Origin: the human T2T-CHM13v2.0 reference genome, Homo sapiens | DNA: 64,000 nt | Assembly (NCBI RefSeq): GCF_009914755.1 | Contig: NC_060927.1 | Direction: 5' to 3' (one strand) | Shown: in pieces, positions 39,766 to 60,727 of the stretch | Layout of the letters: every line of letters begins with the position of its first letter | How positions within the stretch are numbered: the stretch's first letter is position 1 | The notes under the pieces: model-generated | Told to the model about the DNA's origin: nothing | Databases searched by the model: none | The model's input: only the letters and a program-made list of their open reading frames with translations | Program-made: the position numbers and the translations under genes

Positions 39766-40494
39766 TGTACCAAAAAATGATAGGGACTACTAGATAGGAT
39801 TACAAATTTGGCATGTTATTTTTGGTATGGATAGTCAGTGCTATCGACACGCTTTCTGCCTTAGAGTGTAGAGCACATTGCACAAGTGTGGGATCTGTCA
39901 CCTGACTTAATCATATGACAGAATCATAAGAAAAGTCCCTATTTGGGTTTTGGCATATAAACTGGATTACAAGATTAACTTGCCTTAAGAAAACTTTAAA
40001 CAAGAACTTCTTTAAAGAAGCAAAATAAAAAGTACTTATAATTGTTTAATACTTGATTTCTGTCCTTTTAAAAGTATCTCCGTAGAATACATCATTCAAA
40101 GCCTAGACAGAAAATAGCAGATGCTTTAGAGTTGGATTTGTTGCATACTTAAAGTAGCTGTATTTTTTTCTCACATTGGTATTACTTCCCCTTTTCATTA
40201 CCAGTTTTATTAATTGCATATATGTGCTTTAATGTAAGCTGTCCAAAGTTTTTTTTACAAGAGTTGGGATATATGTAAATAAAAATAATTTTAGAGTAGT
40301 ATTAATATAACAAAGAGATGAAGGAAACCAGACTGTGTGAGTCAAATCCTGGCTCTGCTTCCTAGTGGTGTGACTTTGGAGGAGTTACTTGTGTCTTTTT
40401 GCATTGCATTTTTCTCAACTTTAAAATAAGGATAATAAGAGTATTTAACTTCATTGGATGTTGTGAATAATAGAAGCGATTGGAATAATAACTA

Positions 40495-40839
<345 letters not shown>

Positions 40840-41179
40840 TCAGTCAATTAGGTGCAATATATAATAGTTTTACTTGGCTCAGTTGTTTTAACATTCATTT
40901 ACTCATCCAACAATATTTTTAATTCAGTTGAATGGGTAATACATGTACAAATATGGTAAAATTTATATATTCATACAAGTGTGTTTTCTCTCCCCTCATC
41001 CTTATTCTTTTCTTCCCCCATATATTTATCCACAAATGGTAGCACCTCTTCGTATTATTCTGGACCTTACATTTTTCGCTTGAGTATTACGTTGGAGATC
41101 TTTTCACATTGATACAGTTAAAACTGCCTCATTCTTTTTAATGATAGTTTAGTATTCAATTGTATTAATATACCCTCAT

Positions 41180-41420
41180 CATCATATGTAACATTTATTG
41201 AGAGCTTACTCCTGATCCAAATGCTTTCTTAATACTTTAGTTTTATTAACTCATGGAAGCCTCATAACAACCTATGAGATAGGCACTATTTTTCTATATT
41301 TAACAAATGAGGAAAACTAGGCACGGGATGATTAAATGTCCAACAGTCACACAGTTTATAAGTGGTAGGGCTCAGGATTAGAGCCCAGGGAGTCACTTTC
41401 CAGAGATTGCTGCCATAATA
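41180..41420 (-). mobile_element. MIR
   Basis: CTCATAACAACCTATGAGATAGG..AAATGAGGAAAACTAGGCAC core. Confidence 0.65.
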
Positions 41421-43064
41421 CCGCTAAACATGTAGCCTGTCATAGTATTACAAGGTATTTAACCAGCCTCCATATTAATGGACATTCCAATCTTTTGCTT
41501 AAGAAACAGTGCTATAGTTAATATTTTGTTAATAGAACATTTTGTACATCTACAATAAATTCCTAGAAATGGACTAGCCATGTCAAAGGTAAGTACAATT
41601 TGAATTTTGGTGGGCACTGCCAAATTGCTCTCCAATTTAGGGATGTTCAGAAGTTCACCTTTGTCCTTAGTAATTTGCCAAAATCTGCCATTTAGCTTGG
41701 GTCTTTGGAAGGTGTGCTTTTAACATTTCTAGCATCCCTGAATTGTGTGTGATCTACCATCATGTAATAGCTTAAGTTACTATCATATGGAATTAATGTA
41801 ACAATGTCAGTATGAGAGGTGTGACCTTTGGACTTACTACTTTCAAATAACAGTAAGTATTTTAGATATAACTTGAAATACTCCTTAATGTGATTTATAC
41901 ATTGAAATTCTATCAATCGAAGTTTGAATAGATATTGTTGAAAAAGTAAAATGCTGTAATTGTTAATAATTGTGAAGTTGCTGATTTTATGTACCAAAGC
42001 AATTATGTAAGAGTGTTCAAATAGTTAAATAGTGAATCAGATTGCATTTGAACATTAAGAGTGTGGTAGCTAGCTAAATAGAGGAATAGCTGGGTCCTTT
42101 CTTGTGAAAAGTGAGTTTTTGATAATCCGTGAGTCCTAGTCGTAGGTAATGCAAAATGAGGTAGCGAGGAGCTTTATTTAGATGAGTTATAAAATCCACA
42201 AATTATTTTGAATATAACACACTTGGTTTCAGTGCCCAATATTTCACTTGTTCAAGAAAGGAAAAAGTATCTCTATGAATCTAAGAAGCAGATTGACTGA
42301 CACCAAACTCTTCAATGTGATCCAAAATAGACACTTAAAATACAGAATCTTCTCAGGTCCCAACGTAGTATACCTGCAGTGCCTGAATATGGCCCTGTAG
42401 TACCTGCTTATTGTACAGTGGGGCGTGTGTGTGTGTTTTAAATATCACCTCATTCTCCCTAAGGTACTCTACTGGGTATAGGGACAGCTTGGAAAGTAGC
42501 TGTAAATAGAGATAAACAGGCTGTCAGAAACAGTTATTTATTGTGAGCTAATTCTACCTCAGAGTAGTATAAAGCAACAGAAAATAACTTTCCCTATACC
42601 TCCACCCTCCAAATGAGCCATTGAGCCATATCAACTTTGATGTCCAAATTATTAGAGCTTAATCTGAGTCTTGGACAACAAACCCTTCTATGCCTCATGG
42701 CACGAAAGTGTGTTCAAGATGGAGTTAATATTTTCCTAAATTCTCATTCAACATATTGTAAGCTGATATGCCATTAGCCCCATTCTGAAAATATAGATGA
42801 ATAAAGTACTTAAGAGGCATATCTGACTTCTACACTCCTGAGCTATTAAGTGACTGTGGAAATTCCCAGAATTAGTTAAACTTGGCAGGACCAGAGAGTG
42901 CCCACACAGCCTTATCCAGAGCCACATATATTTATTCTAAATAGACAGACAAAAAACTGGTTTGGCTAAGTTTTCATCTGTTGCCCCTATGCTGTTTCTA
43001 GGGTTAAAATTCTCTTAACAAATTTGCATAGGTCAAATAGTCCTTTAGAAATACTATATTAGTT

Positions 43065-43365
43065 GGCTGGGCCTGGTGGCTCACGCCTGTAATCCCAGCA
43101 CTTTGGGAGGCCAAGGTGGGTGGATCACGAGGTCAAGAGATTGAGACCATCCTGGCCAACATGGTGAAACCCCATCTCTACTGAAAATACAAAAATTAGC
43201 TGGGCGTGGTGGTGTGCACCTGTAGTCCCAGCTACTCAGGAGGCTGAGGGAGGAGAATCACTTGAACCTAGGAGGCAGAGGTTGCAGTGAGCTGAGATCA
43301 CACCCACTGCACTCCAGCCTGGCGATAGAGTGAGACTCTGTCTCAAAAAAAGAAAAGAAAAGAAA
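43065..43365 (+). mobile_element. AluSc
   Basis: GATCACGAGGTCAAGAGAT diagnostic; TSD AGAAATACT(A/C)TATTAGT. Confidence 0.9.
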
Positions 43366-43459
43366 TACTCTATTAGTCAACAAATAAAAGCAAAAGTGAA
43401 CATGTGTCCTGTGGAAGCATGCCTTTATAGGAGTCATGCTGGCAATAACTTGTGCTTTT

Positions 43460-44610
43460 TAAAAAATAATTTTATTGATATATAATTGACATATCTGCAC
43501 ATAAAGTATACAGTTGGATAAGTTTTAATATATGTATACACACATGAAGCCAGCACTGTAATCAATATAGTGAACATATCCATCACACCCAAGAGAAGTT
43601 TCTTTGTTCCTCTTTTTAATCCTGTCCTTCCATACCTCCCCACCTCCTGTCCTTAACCATCCACTGATCTATTTTCTATCATTATAGTTAGTTTGCATTA
43701 CATGTATCGATGATTCATATTTTCCTTGCTGACTATTATTCCATTTTATGGATATACCATAGTTTGTTTATCCATTCACCCATTGCTGGATATTTGTGCT
43801 GTCTTTCCACTTTTTGGCCATTATGAATAAAGGTCCTATGAACATTCATGTAAGTCTTTGGACATAAGCTTTCTCATGGGGAAATACCAAGGAGTAGAAT
43901 GGCTGAATCATATGGTAAGTGTAATTTTAACTTTCTAAGAAACTGCCAAACTGTTTTCCAAAGTGGTTGTACCATTTTACAGTTCTACTAGCAATATGTG
44001 AGTGTGTTAGTTGTTCTACATCCTTACCAACACTTCCTTTGTCAGTCTTTTAAACTTTTAGCCATTCTGATAGCTGTGGAATGGCATTTCATTGTGGTTT
44101 TAACTTGCATTTTCCTAGTGACTAATGAGCTTAAGCATCTTTTCATGTACTTTGCCATCTATCTTCCTTGGTTAAGTGAATGTTCAAATCTTTTGCCTGT
44201 TTTAATTGAGTTTTCCTATTATTGAGTTTTGATCTTTGTAGATTCTGGATATAAGTTCTTTGTCAGGTTTATGTCTGTAAATATTTTCTCCCAGTCTTTA
44301 CCTTGTCTTTTTGTTCTAACAATGTTTTTTGATGAGCAGAGATTTGAAGTCCAGTTTACCATTTTATTCTTTTGTGGATTGTGCTTTTAGCGTTATGTCA
44401 AATCCAAGGTCACAAAGGAAGTTTTATAGTTTTAGGTTTTACATTTAGGTCTACCATCCATTTTTAGATTTTTCTATATAGTTACGGGTTTTTTTTTTTT
44501 TTTGCATTTTATGTATACGTTGGTTCTACCACCACTTGTTGAAAAGACAATATGCTTTCTACACTGAATTGCCTTTGCACTTTTGTCAAAAGCCAGTTGT
44601 CCATATATGT
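43460..44610 (-). mobile_element. Old L1 (L1MB/MC-like) 3' region
   Basis: AACTGCCAAACTGTTTTCCAAAGTGGTTGTACCATTTTAC and CACCACTTGTTGAAAAGAC motifs. Confidence 0.8.
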
Positions 44611-45647
44611 GTTGGAGTAGAGCCTTTTTGAGCTAATAAATTTTGTAAAATTTTAAATAATAATACTAGGCAGATTAATAGGGATTAAATTTTATCTGTT
44701 CATTATAGAATTATATGTGTTCTACCATTCACAAGATTGAACAAATTGACCATTAAAATTATTAATAAAATTATAACTTAATAAATTGAATCTAATTTAA
44801 TATTTTCTTAATATTTAAGAATATTTAATCATAATTTTTGATCTTAGAAGGTCATTCTGTGATGGTAATATTTGGATTCAGCTTTGGCGTCAGTTGAATA
44901 TTTTAAAAATCTTGGCCATCAAGCATTAGGCCAAAATGTGTATTCAGTGTACTTTGAAAGGGTTTTATCAGTTTTCACTCAACGATTAGAGTTTCTATTT
45001 CCCCCCACACCCTTGCCAGTACTGTCACTGAACAATATTTAGTAATTGCCTACTATGTGCCAAGGCATTTTACTGGATAATTGGGGTGTTCAATAAACAA
45101 AGCAGAGGCGGTCCCTGTTTTTCTAGCATTTATAGTCTGGAAGTGAAGACAGACATTGAACAGCTTCTTTCACATTTTTTAATCACAAGAGTAGTAAGTG
45201 CTATTAAGAAGCAATATTAGAGACCTTGAGCACATACCAGAGGAGCAGGCAGTTAATTTCTTAGTAAATCATACTATTGAAAACTTCTCCTCTCCCCACA
45301 ACTAGTTTAGTTAAATAAACCCTGGTTGTTAATCATAGTATACTAGGTAAACTGTTAGAAACACAGATTTCTTGTCCTCTGAATTGAAAATGTCTGGACT
45401 TTTGACTATAGTCATTATTTAAATCCAGATTGTGAGGTGTTTTTTCACCTATCTTAGGCAGCATTCTTTTCTTCTTTTATCCTTTGTGCTTTAGGATATA
45501 TTTTTATTGCAGAGATTTTATGAATTCCTGAATTAAATGTGAACCTATTTATGTAACACTCTCTTCTAAACATTGGGTTAATATACCTGAGCACAGTTTA
45601 TGAACCTTTGTCCTCTTCTATTCCATCCATTAAATAAACGAGAGGAT

Positions 45648-46441
45648 GGCTGGGCATGGTGGCTTACGCCTGTAATCCCAGCACTTTGGGAGGCCGAGGT
45701 GGGCGGATCACAAAATCAAGAGATCGAGACCATCCTGGCCAACATGGTGAAACCCTGTCTCTACTAAAAATACAAAAAATTAGCTGGGCGTGGTGGCGGG
45801 TGCCTGTAGTCCCAGCTACTCAGGAGGCTGAGGCAGGAGAATGGCATAAACCCGGGAGTTTGGAGCTTGCAGTGAGCCGAGATCGCACCATTGCACTCCA
45901 GCCTGGGCAACAATAAGACTCCATCTCAAAAAAATAAAAAATAAAACTAAACAAATGACAGGATGGATTCGTTTAAATATAGACATCGGCCAGGTACAGT
46001 GGCTCACCCCTGTAATCCCAGCACTTTGGGAGGCCAAGGCAGGCAGATCACAAGATCAAGAGATCGAGACCATCCTGGCCAATATGGTGAAACTCTGTCT
46101 CTACTAAACAAACAAAAATTAGCTGGGCATGGTGGCACACACCTGCGGTCTCAGCTATTCGGGAGGCGGAGGCAGTAGAATTGCTTGAATCCGGGAGGGG
46201 GAGGTTGCAGTGAGCCTAAATCGCGCCACTGCACTCCAGCCTGCCCATAGAGCGAGACTCTGTCTCAAAGAAAAAAAAAATAGACATATTTTCTTTTCTT
46301 TTCTTTTTTTTTTTCTTTTTTTTTGAGACAGGGTCTCACTGTGTTGTCCAAGCTGGTCTTGAACTCCTGGACTCAAGCGTGATCCTCCCACCTCAGCTTC
46401 CCAAGTAGCTGAGAATACAGGCATGAGCCACCGTACCTAGA
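45648..46441. mobile_element. Alu cluster: + 45648-45945, + 45988-46280, - monomer 46289-46441
   Basis: Three Alus; the two plus-strand elements have separate TSD-like flanks. Confidence 0.9.
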
Positions 46442-46655
46442 CAGCATCATTTTATAAGTGTAATAGCATTTTTAGTACAACACTGTTGATGCTGTCTCTT
46501 TTTTGTTCCTTGTATGTGTGTCAGTCTCAAATGCCTACATTTCTTACATTTGGCTAGTTTAGCTGCTCATGATTTTTTTTTTTTTGGCAAAGCCATCAAA
46601 ATTTGCTCAGTAACGAGAGTAATATGGTAATTGTAAAGTTTTAAAAATAAGTTTC

Positions 46656-47780
<1,125 letters not shown>

Positions 47781-48297
47781 TGGTAAAGTCATTTCATAGG
47801 CAGTTTATCTGACAAAAGCCTATCCAAAAGCCAGTCATTGCAGTGCTAATACACCATGAAGGTTCAGGATTCAGGAAGAGAGTTTGCTGATGACAGTCCT
47901 TGGCACTACGAACTTGGAATTGTAGACTATTTAACATAAGAAATTTCATTATTATTATTAAGTACATTTTGTGGGGGGGGAATACTGTAGGATTTCAGAT
48001 AAATTAATACTACATTATGTTGTCATTATTGGATTTTAAAGGTTTTTCTAATATTGCAGTATAACAATAAACACGTATATAAATAAGTCCTTATCCACAT
48101 GCCAAATATATTCTCAGAAATACAGTTTTTGAGTCAAAAGGCTTGAACATCTTTAAGGGCGTGGTTGCATATTACCAATTTTTTCCCCATGTTTCCTAGA
48201 AAATAATAAACCCAAATTGACCTTTTCTTGATGGTTATGGGTCATTCTTATTACCATTAGTCAATTAACATCTCTTTCCTTTTTACCTTCCATTTAT

Positions 48298-48586
48298 TCT
48301 TTTTTTTTTGAGGCAGAGTCTCGCTCTGTCACCTAGGCTGTGGAGTGCAGTGGCGCAATCTCGGCTCACTGCAGCCTCCGCTTCCTGGGTTCACCATTCT
48401 GCCTCAGCCTCCTGAGTAGCTGGGACTACAGGCACCTGCCATCACGCCCAGCTAATTTTTTGTATTTTTAGTAGAGACGGGGTTTCACTGTGTTAGCCAG
48501 GATGGTCTCGATCTCCTGACCTCGTGATCCGCCCACCTTGGCCTCCCAAAGTGCTGGGATTACAGGCATGAGCCGCCACACCCAGT
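48298..48586 (-). mobile_element. AluY/Sc
   Basis: GTTAGCCAGGATGGTCTCGATCTCC diagnostic. Confidence 0.9.
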
Positions 48587-48861
48587 CCTTCCATGTATTC
48601 TTATAGAGTAGCTCTCTAATGATTTGCTGCTTTAAATCTGCAGTGATCCAAAGTATTAGGTAATAATTTTTAATTGTGCATAAATTGAGTCCTAAGACTG
48701 TATGCAGGTCTTTTGCCATGTGCAGAAGCTTTAAGACTGTCATTCTACGAGTTCAGAGATCTTTTGTTTTCCTGTTTCTTAGGTCTTCACTTTATTTCTA
48801 TTGAGGTTGGCAAGTCTCACTTCTCGTGTATATAAATATTGTACTGTATTTAGTTCTAATA

Positions 48862-49034
48862 CCATATTTTGTTGTTTCTAGGACATTTTTCTCCCATATT
48901 TTTAACAGCTCTGAAATTAGTGCCTGTCCTGCAATTTCTGGAATGCCATAATTTGTCAGGTTTTTTTCCTTAGTAGTACATCAAATAAAGGAGTTTATTA
49001 AAATTGATATTATCTTAGATTAGGTGAAATATGG
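48862..49034. mobile_element. MER104-like Tc2 MITE
   Basis: Terminal inverted repeats CCATATTT / AAATATGG; internal TTTTAACAGCTCTGAAAT. Confidence 0.5.
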
Positions 49035-49158
49035 TGTTAACTTCTAGATAGGGATCTGTGTGTTTGTAAGAATTGCTGTTGTGAGACATCAGCATGAATT
49101 CTTAGGTGGTTGTCTTACCTTGACTTTACCTAGTCAGTAAGTTAAATTGAATTAAAGT

Positions 49159-49452
49159 GGCAGGGTGCAGTGGCTTACACCTGTAATCCCAGCACTTTGG
49201 GAGGCCGAAGCGGGAGGATCACTTGAGCCCAGGAGTTCAAGAGCAGCCTGGGTAACAGAATGAGACTTTGTCTTTACATAAAAATCAAAAAGCTGGGCAT
49301 GGTGGTACATGCCTGTGGTCCCAGTAAGGGAGGCTAAGGCAGGAGATTGCTTTAGCCCAAGAGATTGAGGCTGCAGTGAGCCTTGATCGCACCACTGTAC
49401 TCCAGCCTGGGTGACAGAGCAAGACCTTGTCTCAAAAAAAAAAGAAAAAAAA
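49159..49452 (+). mobile_element. AluJ
   Basis: Full dimer. Confidence 0.87.
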
Positions 49453-49990
49453 GTATATTAGCAAAATGTTAATAACAGTCCCAAATAGGAAGCAGTCTTG
49501 GTACGCAGTAGAGAGAGTTATTGTTGTTAGGTAAAGTATGGTATCTATTTAATGGAATAGTATACAGTTTAAGATGACACAAAGACTGTGTAGCGCATAG
49601 AAAAATTGAAGTAAAATAATTTTATGCTAGTATTGATTACAATTATGTAAAAAAAATTAATTGGGAAATAATGTCAATCATATTCAAATGGTGAGATCTT
49701 TCATTAGGTATTTTTAAAATTATAAGCATATTGCTTCTGAAAACAGATTTTAAAGAAAGATGTGTAACAAATGCTTTCTTTTCTATTTATATTGTTGGCT
49801 GTCTTCTTGGCTGTTTGCATCATAGGTAAGTTAAGCTTTAAATCAATAGGATCTTCTTTGATGTCTTGTTTTTTCTTTGTAACCTGAAATCAGGAAAATT
49901 TCCTAAAAATTCAAATGTGGGATATTAATGTGAGCTTTACAATTACTTTTCCCCCTTCAGTTTATCAAGTTTAAGAAATAAAAAAAATAA

Positions 49991-50217
49991 GGCCCGGCAC
50001 AGTGGCTCATGCCTGTAATCCCAGCACTGTAATCATGCCTGTAATCCTAGCTCATGCCTGTAATCCCAGCACTGAGGTGGGGGGATCACTTGAGCCCTGG
50101 AGGTGGAGGTTACAGTGAGCTGAGGTTGCAGTGAGCCGAGATTGCATCACTGTACTCCAGCATAGGTGATAAAGCCAGACCCAGACCCTGTCTTAATTGA
50201 AAAAAAAAAAAAAAAAG
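49991..50217 (+). mobile_element. Alu monomer with internal stutter duplications
   Basis: TCATGCCTGTAATCC x3, GAGGTT(A/G)CAGTGAGC x2. Confidence 0.8.
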
Positions 50218-50533
50218 CAGGAATTTCTTACCCAAATTCTGTTTCAGGTAGCTTTGTTGTTCTGAACTTAAAATAATTGACCAGAAATTTTCCACTTCTG
50301 TTCTCTATTTTTAATAGTAGCAAAGTTGTATCGAGTCTGTGGGCATTAATATTCTGATTATCCTCAAATATGCCCATTTTCCTCTTAGATATGTCCATTT
50401 ACTTTGTAGTCACATTGATGTTTTATCTTTTTTTTGGCTAATATAGTTAGTTGGTTATGTTTGTGTTATAAAGCTAGGTATTAGTAAAATACAATGTTAT
50501 GTTTTTTAAAAATCTTAGTTCTGTAAGAGATGG

Positions 50534-51178
<645 letters not shown>

Positions 51179-51284
51179 TTACTCCTTAGTTTGTATTCAC
51201 AAAATGTCCCATTATGTCACCTTTTTTTCATCTTCTCCCTTGTGCTTGCGTTTTTACATAGGGTCAGTAAATAATACAAAAAAG

Positions 51285-51948
51285 TCTTAGTTTGGTTGCT
51301 GTAACAAATTGCCATAGACTATGTGACTTAAACAGCAACATTTCTCATAGTCTGGAGTGTGGGAAGTCCGAGGTCAAGGTGCCTATAGATCCTGTGTCTG
51401 GTCAGGGCCTGCTTCCTTCTGGTTTGTAGATGGACATCTTCTTGTATCCTCACATGGTAGAGAGCAGAGATCATCTCTCTCTCTTTCTCTCTCTCTTTCT
51501 TTTTTTCGCTTCCCTTGAGACAGTCTCGCTCTGTCACCCAGGCTGGAGTGCAGCAGTGCGACCATGGCTCAGTGCAGCCTCAACCTCCCAGGCTCAAGCA
51601 GTCCTCCACTTCAACCTCCTAAGTAGCTGGGACTATGGGTGCACACCACCACGCCCAGCTAATTTTTTAATTTTTTGTAGGGACAAGGTCTCACTATGTT
51701 ACCTATTCTGTTCTTGAACACCTGGACTCATGCAATCCTTCTGCCTTAGCCTCCCAAAGTGCTGAGATTACAGGCATGAGCCACTGCATCCAGCTCAGAG
51801 ATCATCTCTAGAGGGGCACTAATCCCATTCATGAGGGCTCCACCTTCAGGACCTAATTATGTACCAAAGGCCTCACTTCCTAATACCATCACATTGAGGG
51901 TTGGAATTAAAATGTGAATTTTGGGGGGACACATTTAGTCCATGACAC
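51285..51948 (-). mobile_element. MLT1 LTR with nested AluJ (51498-51796)
   Basis: CTAATCCCATTCATGAGGGCTCCACC motif; Alu TSD AGAGATCATCTCT. Confidence 0.8.
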
Positions 51949-51973
51949 ATGGCTTTCTTTTCTAAAAATGGTA

Positions 51974-52050
51974 TAGTTGGTGCAAAAGTAATTGCAGTTT
52001 TTGCCATTGCTTTCGATGGCAAAACAGCAATTACTTTTGCAGCAGCCTAA
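51974..52050. mobile_element. MADE1 (Hsmar1-derived MITE)
   Basis: TTGGTGCAAAAGTAATTGCAGTTTTTGCCAT..ATGGCAAAACAGCAATTACTTTTGCAGCAGCCTAA; flanking TA dinucleotides. Confidence 0.92.
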
Positions 52051-52278
52051 TAGCTAAAGGTGAAAACTACTGTCGAAGTAAGGTGTTTTGAATTATTTAT
52101 TACATACCTAGGTGTTGTGACCAGACCAAATCTGGGCATCATCACTCTTTAGTTCTGTCCCCTATTTCTTAATCAAATAATACCTATTTCATAGGACTAG
52201 TGTTAAGAATTAAAGAGATGTTTGCTTTTTTTAACATAATGCCTGGAGTGTGATATGTACTTAACAAATAGTAGTTGA

Positions 52279-54163
<1,885 letters not shown>

Positions 54164-55229
54164 TAGAACATCATTTATTATGTGCTTATTTCCAAAGCAG
54201 TCGAGGGAACTGGAATTACAATAATAGGCTTAACAAATTTTGAACAAAGTTGGCTTTTGGTTGGCAAGGAAAAATCAGGAAACTAAATATACATAGTGAA
54301 ATAAATCTGCCACATAAGCCATTCTAATAGGATTGCTAGGTAGGTGGATTGAAGGAGATGAATAGAGAGTGTCACAAAATGACTAGCACTATACTCTAAA
54401 AGTATGATCAGGTAATGTTATTTGTTGGAATTCCACCTGTTCTATAACTTTCTGACCAAACATAAAAATATTAAACAGATTTAAGATACCTTTCTCTAAA
54501 AAGATTAACAGTGTGTGAAAATAAGTAATTGGTTATAATCCATTAGATTCTTCTGAATCTTTTTTAAAAAAAATCTGTGATTTCCAGAGATAGTCTTTAA
54601 TCAATTAGATAGAATGTATTTTTTCATTACACTCTAATGTAACAAGTGTTACATCAAAATAATGCTTCATTATCAATGAAGTGCCCCAGGATTTTGTATG
54701 TGAGTAAATATTACCTTGGAATCTTAGTGTTTAACTTTTATATATCACCTCCCCTTTGCCCCCAACAGCCATATCATCCAAGACTTTGGTAATAAAAAGA
54801 ATAATTTCTGAAATAATGAAATTACCAGTTGCATTAACCAGCAGCAATTTGGAGTGGACTTTATAGGAAAAAAATTTTTTCCTCTGGTGTTATTTGCCAC
54901 TGCAGTGTTCTGCAGTGCCTGTTGGGGAGAGGCTGATGACTCATTAACTCAGATCAGTTGCCTATGCTGCCTTTCTGGATTTTTCCTCTTCTACCACAGG
55001 GTTTTGGTTTTTGTTTAAATCTTTCACAAATTGGGTAGGGAGGGGCACTGCTATAATTTGTAACCAAAGAATCTTAGTTGTAAGTTGCATTTACTTTTTA
55101 TCCTTAAACACAGTTGAAGTCAAAACAGCTAAAGGCAACATTTTTATATAATCATTGATTTGATTTTTCTATGAGTGCATCTGTGTATACCACACTGCTT
55201 TCATCAAAGTATGTAATAAGTATTCCTGC

Positions 55230-56934
<1,705 letters not shown>

Positions 56935-57184
56935 TCTTTTTTTCTTTAGTTTTTTCAGTTTCTTATTTTTATGGATACATAAGTGTATATATTTATAAGG
57001 TACATATTTTTCTTATAAAATTTATTGTATGAGATGAAGTAGAGTATAAAACTTGTTTGGATTTCAGAGAATATACAAGAGCATGCCAAGAAATTTCCTT
57101 GCTTACGGTAGAGTGCTATAGCATCCTGTTTCTGGTCACATTCTGGGATGGGGTAGATAGAGGAGTGGTTATTCACTTCGATGT

Positions 57185-57470
57185 TTACCTGGATCAATAC
57201 ATTTGAAAGGAAGTGGGTGGAAGCAGAGTTGGGCAGAGGAAGAAGTTGAAATGCAGTGCAAGTCCCTCAGAGCCTCAGTTACCTAGTGGGAGAGATCTGG
57301 AGTGATTGTTGCTTGTGAGAGTATCCTGCATCAGGCTGAGATGGCTGGGCCTTTGTACCTCCATTGTGTCCATTCAGCAGGTGCACACTGCCCTGCAAGT
57401 GGTGTGAATGCAGGCAAGGCAGCACTCTGCATCTGAGGCTGACCTTGAAGGGTTGACAGCTGTTAGTTAT
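57185..57470. mobile_element. Old ERVL-type LTR fragment (family uncertain)
   Basis: GGAAGCAGAGTTGGGCAGAGGAAGAAGTTGAA..GGCAAGGCAGCACTCTGCA resembles LTR16/33-class elements. Confidence 0.45.
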
Positions 57471-57642
57471 TCAGTAATCACTATGGGAGTGCTTTTGGAC
57501 TGGGGATATTTGAGCAGAGACATGAATGATGTGAAGAAATGAATCCTGGAGAAAAGAACATTCTAGGGAGGAGCACAGGAAATATAAAAGATCCATGTTG
57601 CTGTAGCAGATTAAAATGTAAATATTTTAAAATATCAAAATG

Positions 57643-58435
<793 letters not shown>

Positions 58436-59731
58436 AATATTGGCTTTTTAAAAAGGACAGTCATCTTGGTTTGCTAATACAAGAATATTCACCAAATTAA
58501 TGCAAATTTATGGATCTAGTGACAATTATCTTTAAGTAAATTTGTAGACTTATCACTAGGACTCTAGGTTCTCTTATTAGTATGATGTCACTTCCTAAAG
58601 TGTGCCGTCTTTGGCATAAATTAAATAATATGTGCCTAAAAATTAGAGTTAAAAACTATAGAATCATTAAAATTTTCATGCTGGCTAGGATTTTCCAGCT
58701 GACTGCTAAACCCACAAGACTGCTGGATCATGAACAAACCCATTTGGTTTCCGCTAATCATTGCTCATACATTTGGAGGCATGCACTGTTTAAGTCTTAA
58801 AGGGAAAGTATGTAAATAAATACTTGTTTTAAAAAATCAGAACAGACATCATTATTCCCTCATAAACTTTAGAATACCGTCCTGAACCACAGGTTTCAAC
58901 CATCTGTAGGGAAGCTTTACTAGATACTCTGATGCCTCTTTGTTCATCCCTCCAAGTCTCAGCTTAACCTCCTATTAAGTGACTTTCATCCTGCCCAACT
59001 CTAGGTTAGATGCCATTGCTTTATGCTCTTCTAAATCTCCAGCCTATAGTACTTCTAAGAGAGCACATATGTCACCTTATAAGAACTACCTGTTTGTCTT
59101 TTCATTCCACTATGCCAGAAGATCCTTGGGGGAAAGATTGTGTCTTACTTCATTATATTTTCCATCTATAATACAGCAGCTGGCACATCATCAATGCTTA
59201 AAAAAAATACAGTTGGTCTTAGAAAATAAAGTTATGATAAAATGCACCTGATAACTAGGAAAAAAAAAAAACTAGCTAAGCAACTAGATTTGGTTCAAGA
59301 TAAGAACTATCTACCCCATCCCAGATTGTGAACAAGAAACAGGATGCTATAGCAGTCTACCGTAAACAGGGAAATTTCTTGGTATGCTCTTGTATATTCT
59401 CTGAACTCCAAAAAAACTAGCTAAGAGACTAGATTTGGTTCAAGATAAGAACAACTAGATTTGGTAGCGAGGTAAGAATCACTGGACACTTTAGAAATGG
59501 ACACTTTAGAAAAAAGGCAATCTTAGCTTATATTAATAGAATAAAATTAGTAGTCATCAGTATTACTTTTCTGTTAGGCATACTGTTAGATGCCTCACAA
59601 AAACCCCATTAGATTTTACAGATGAAACTGAGGCTCAAAAGGATGAAACAATTTGATTTGCCTAAGGACACAACTTATAAATTCAAAGTCTTCAAACCGT
59701 GGCATTTGTCTCTCAATAAAAGGAAGCATTT

Positions 59732-60727
<996 letters not shown>

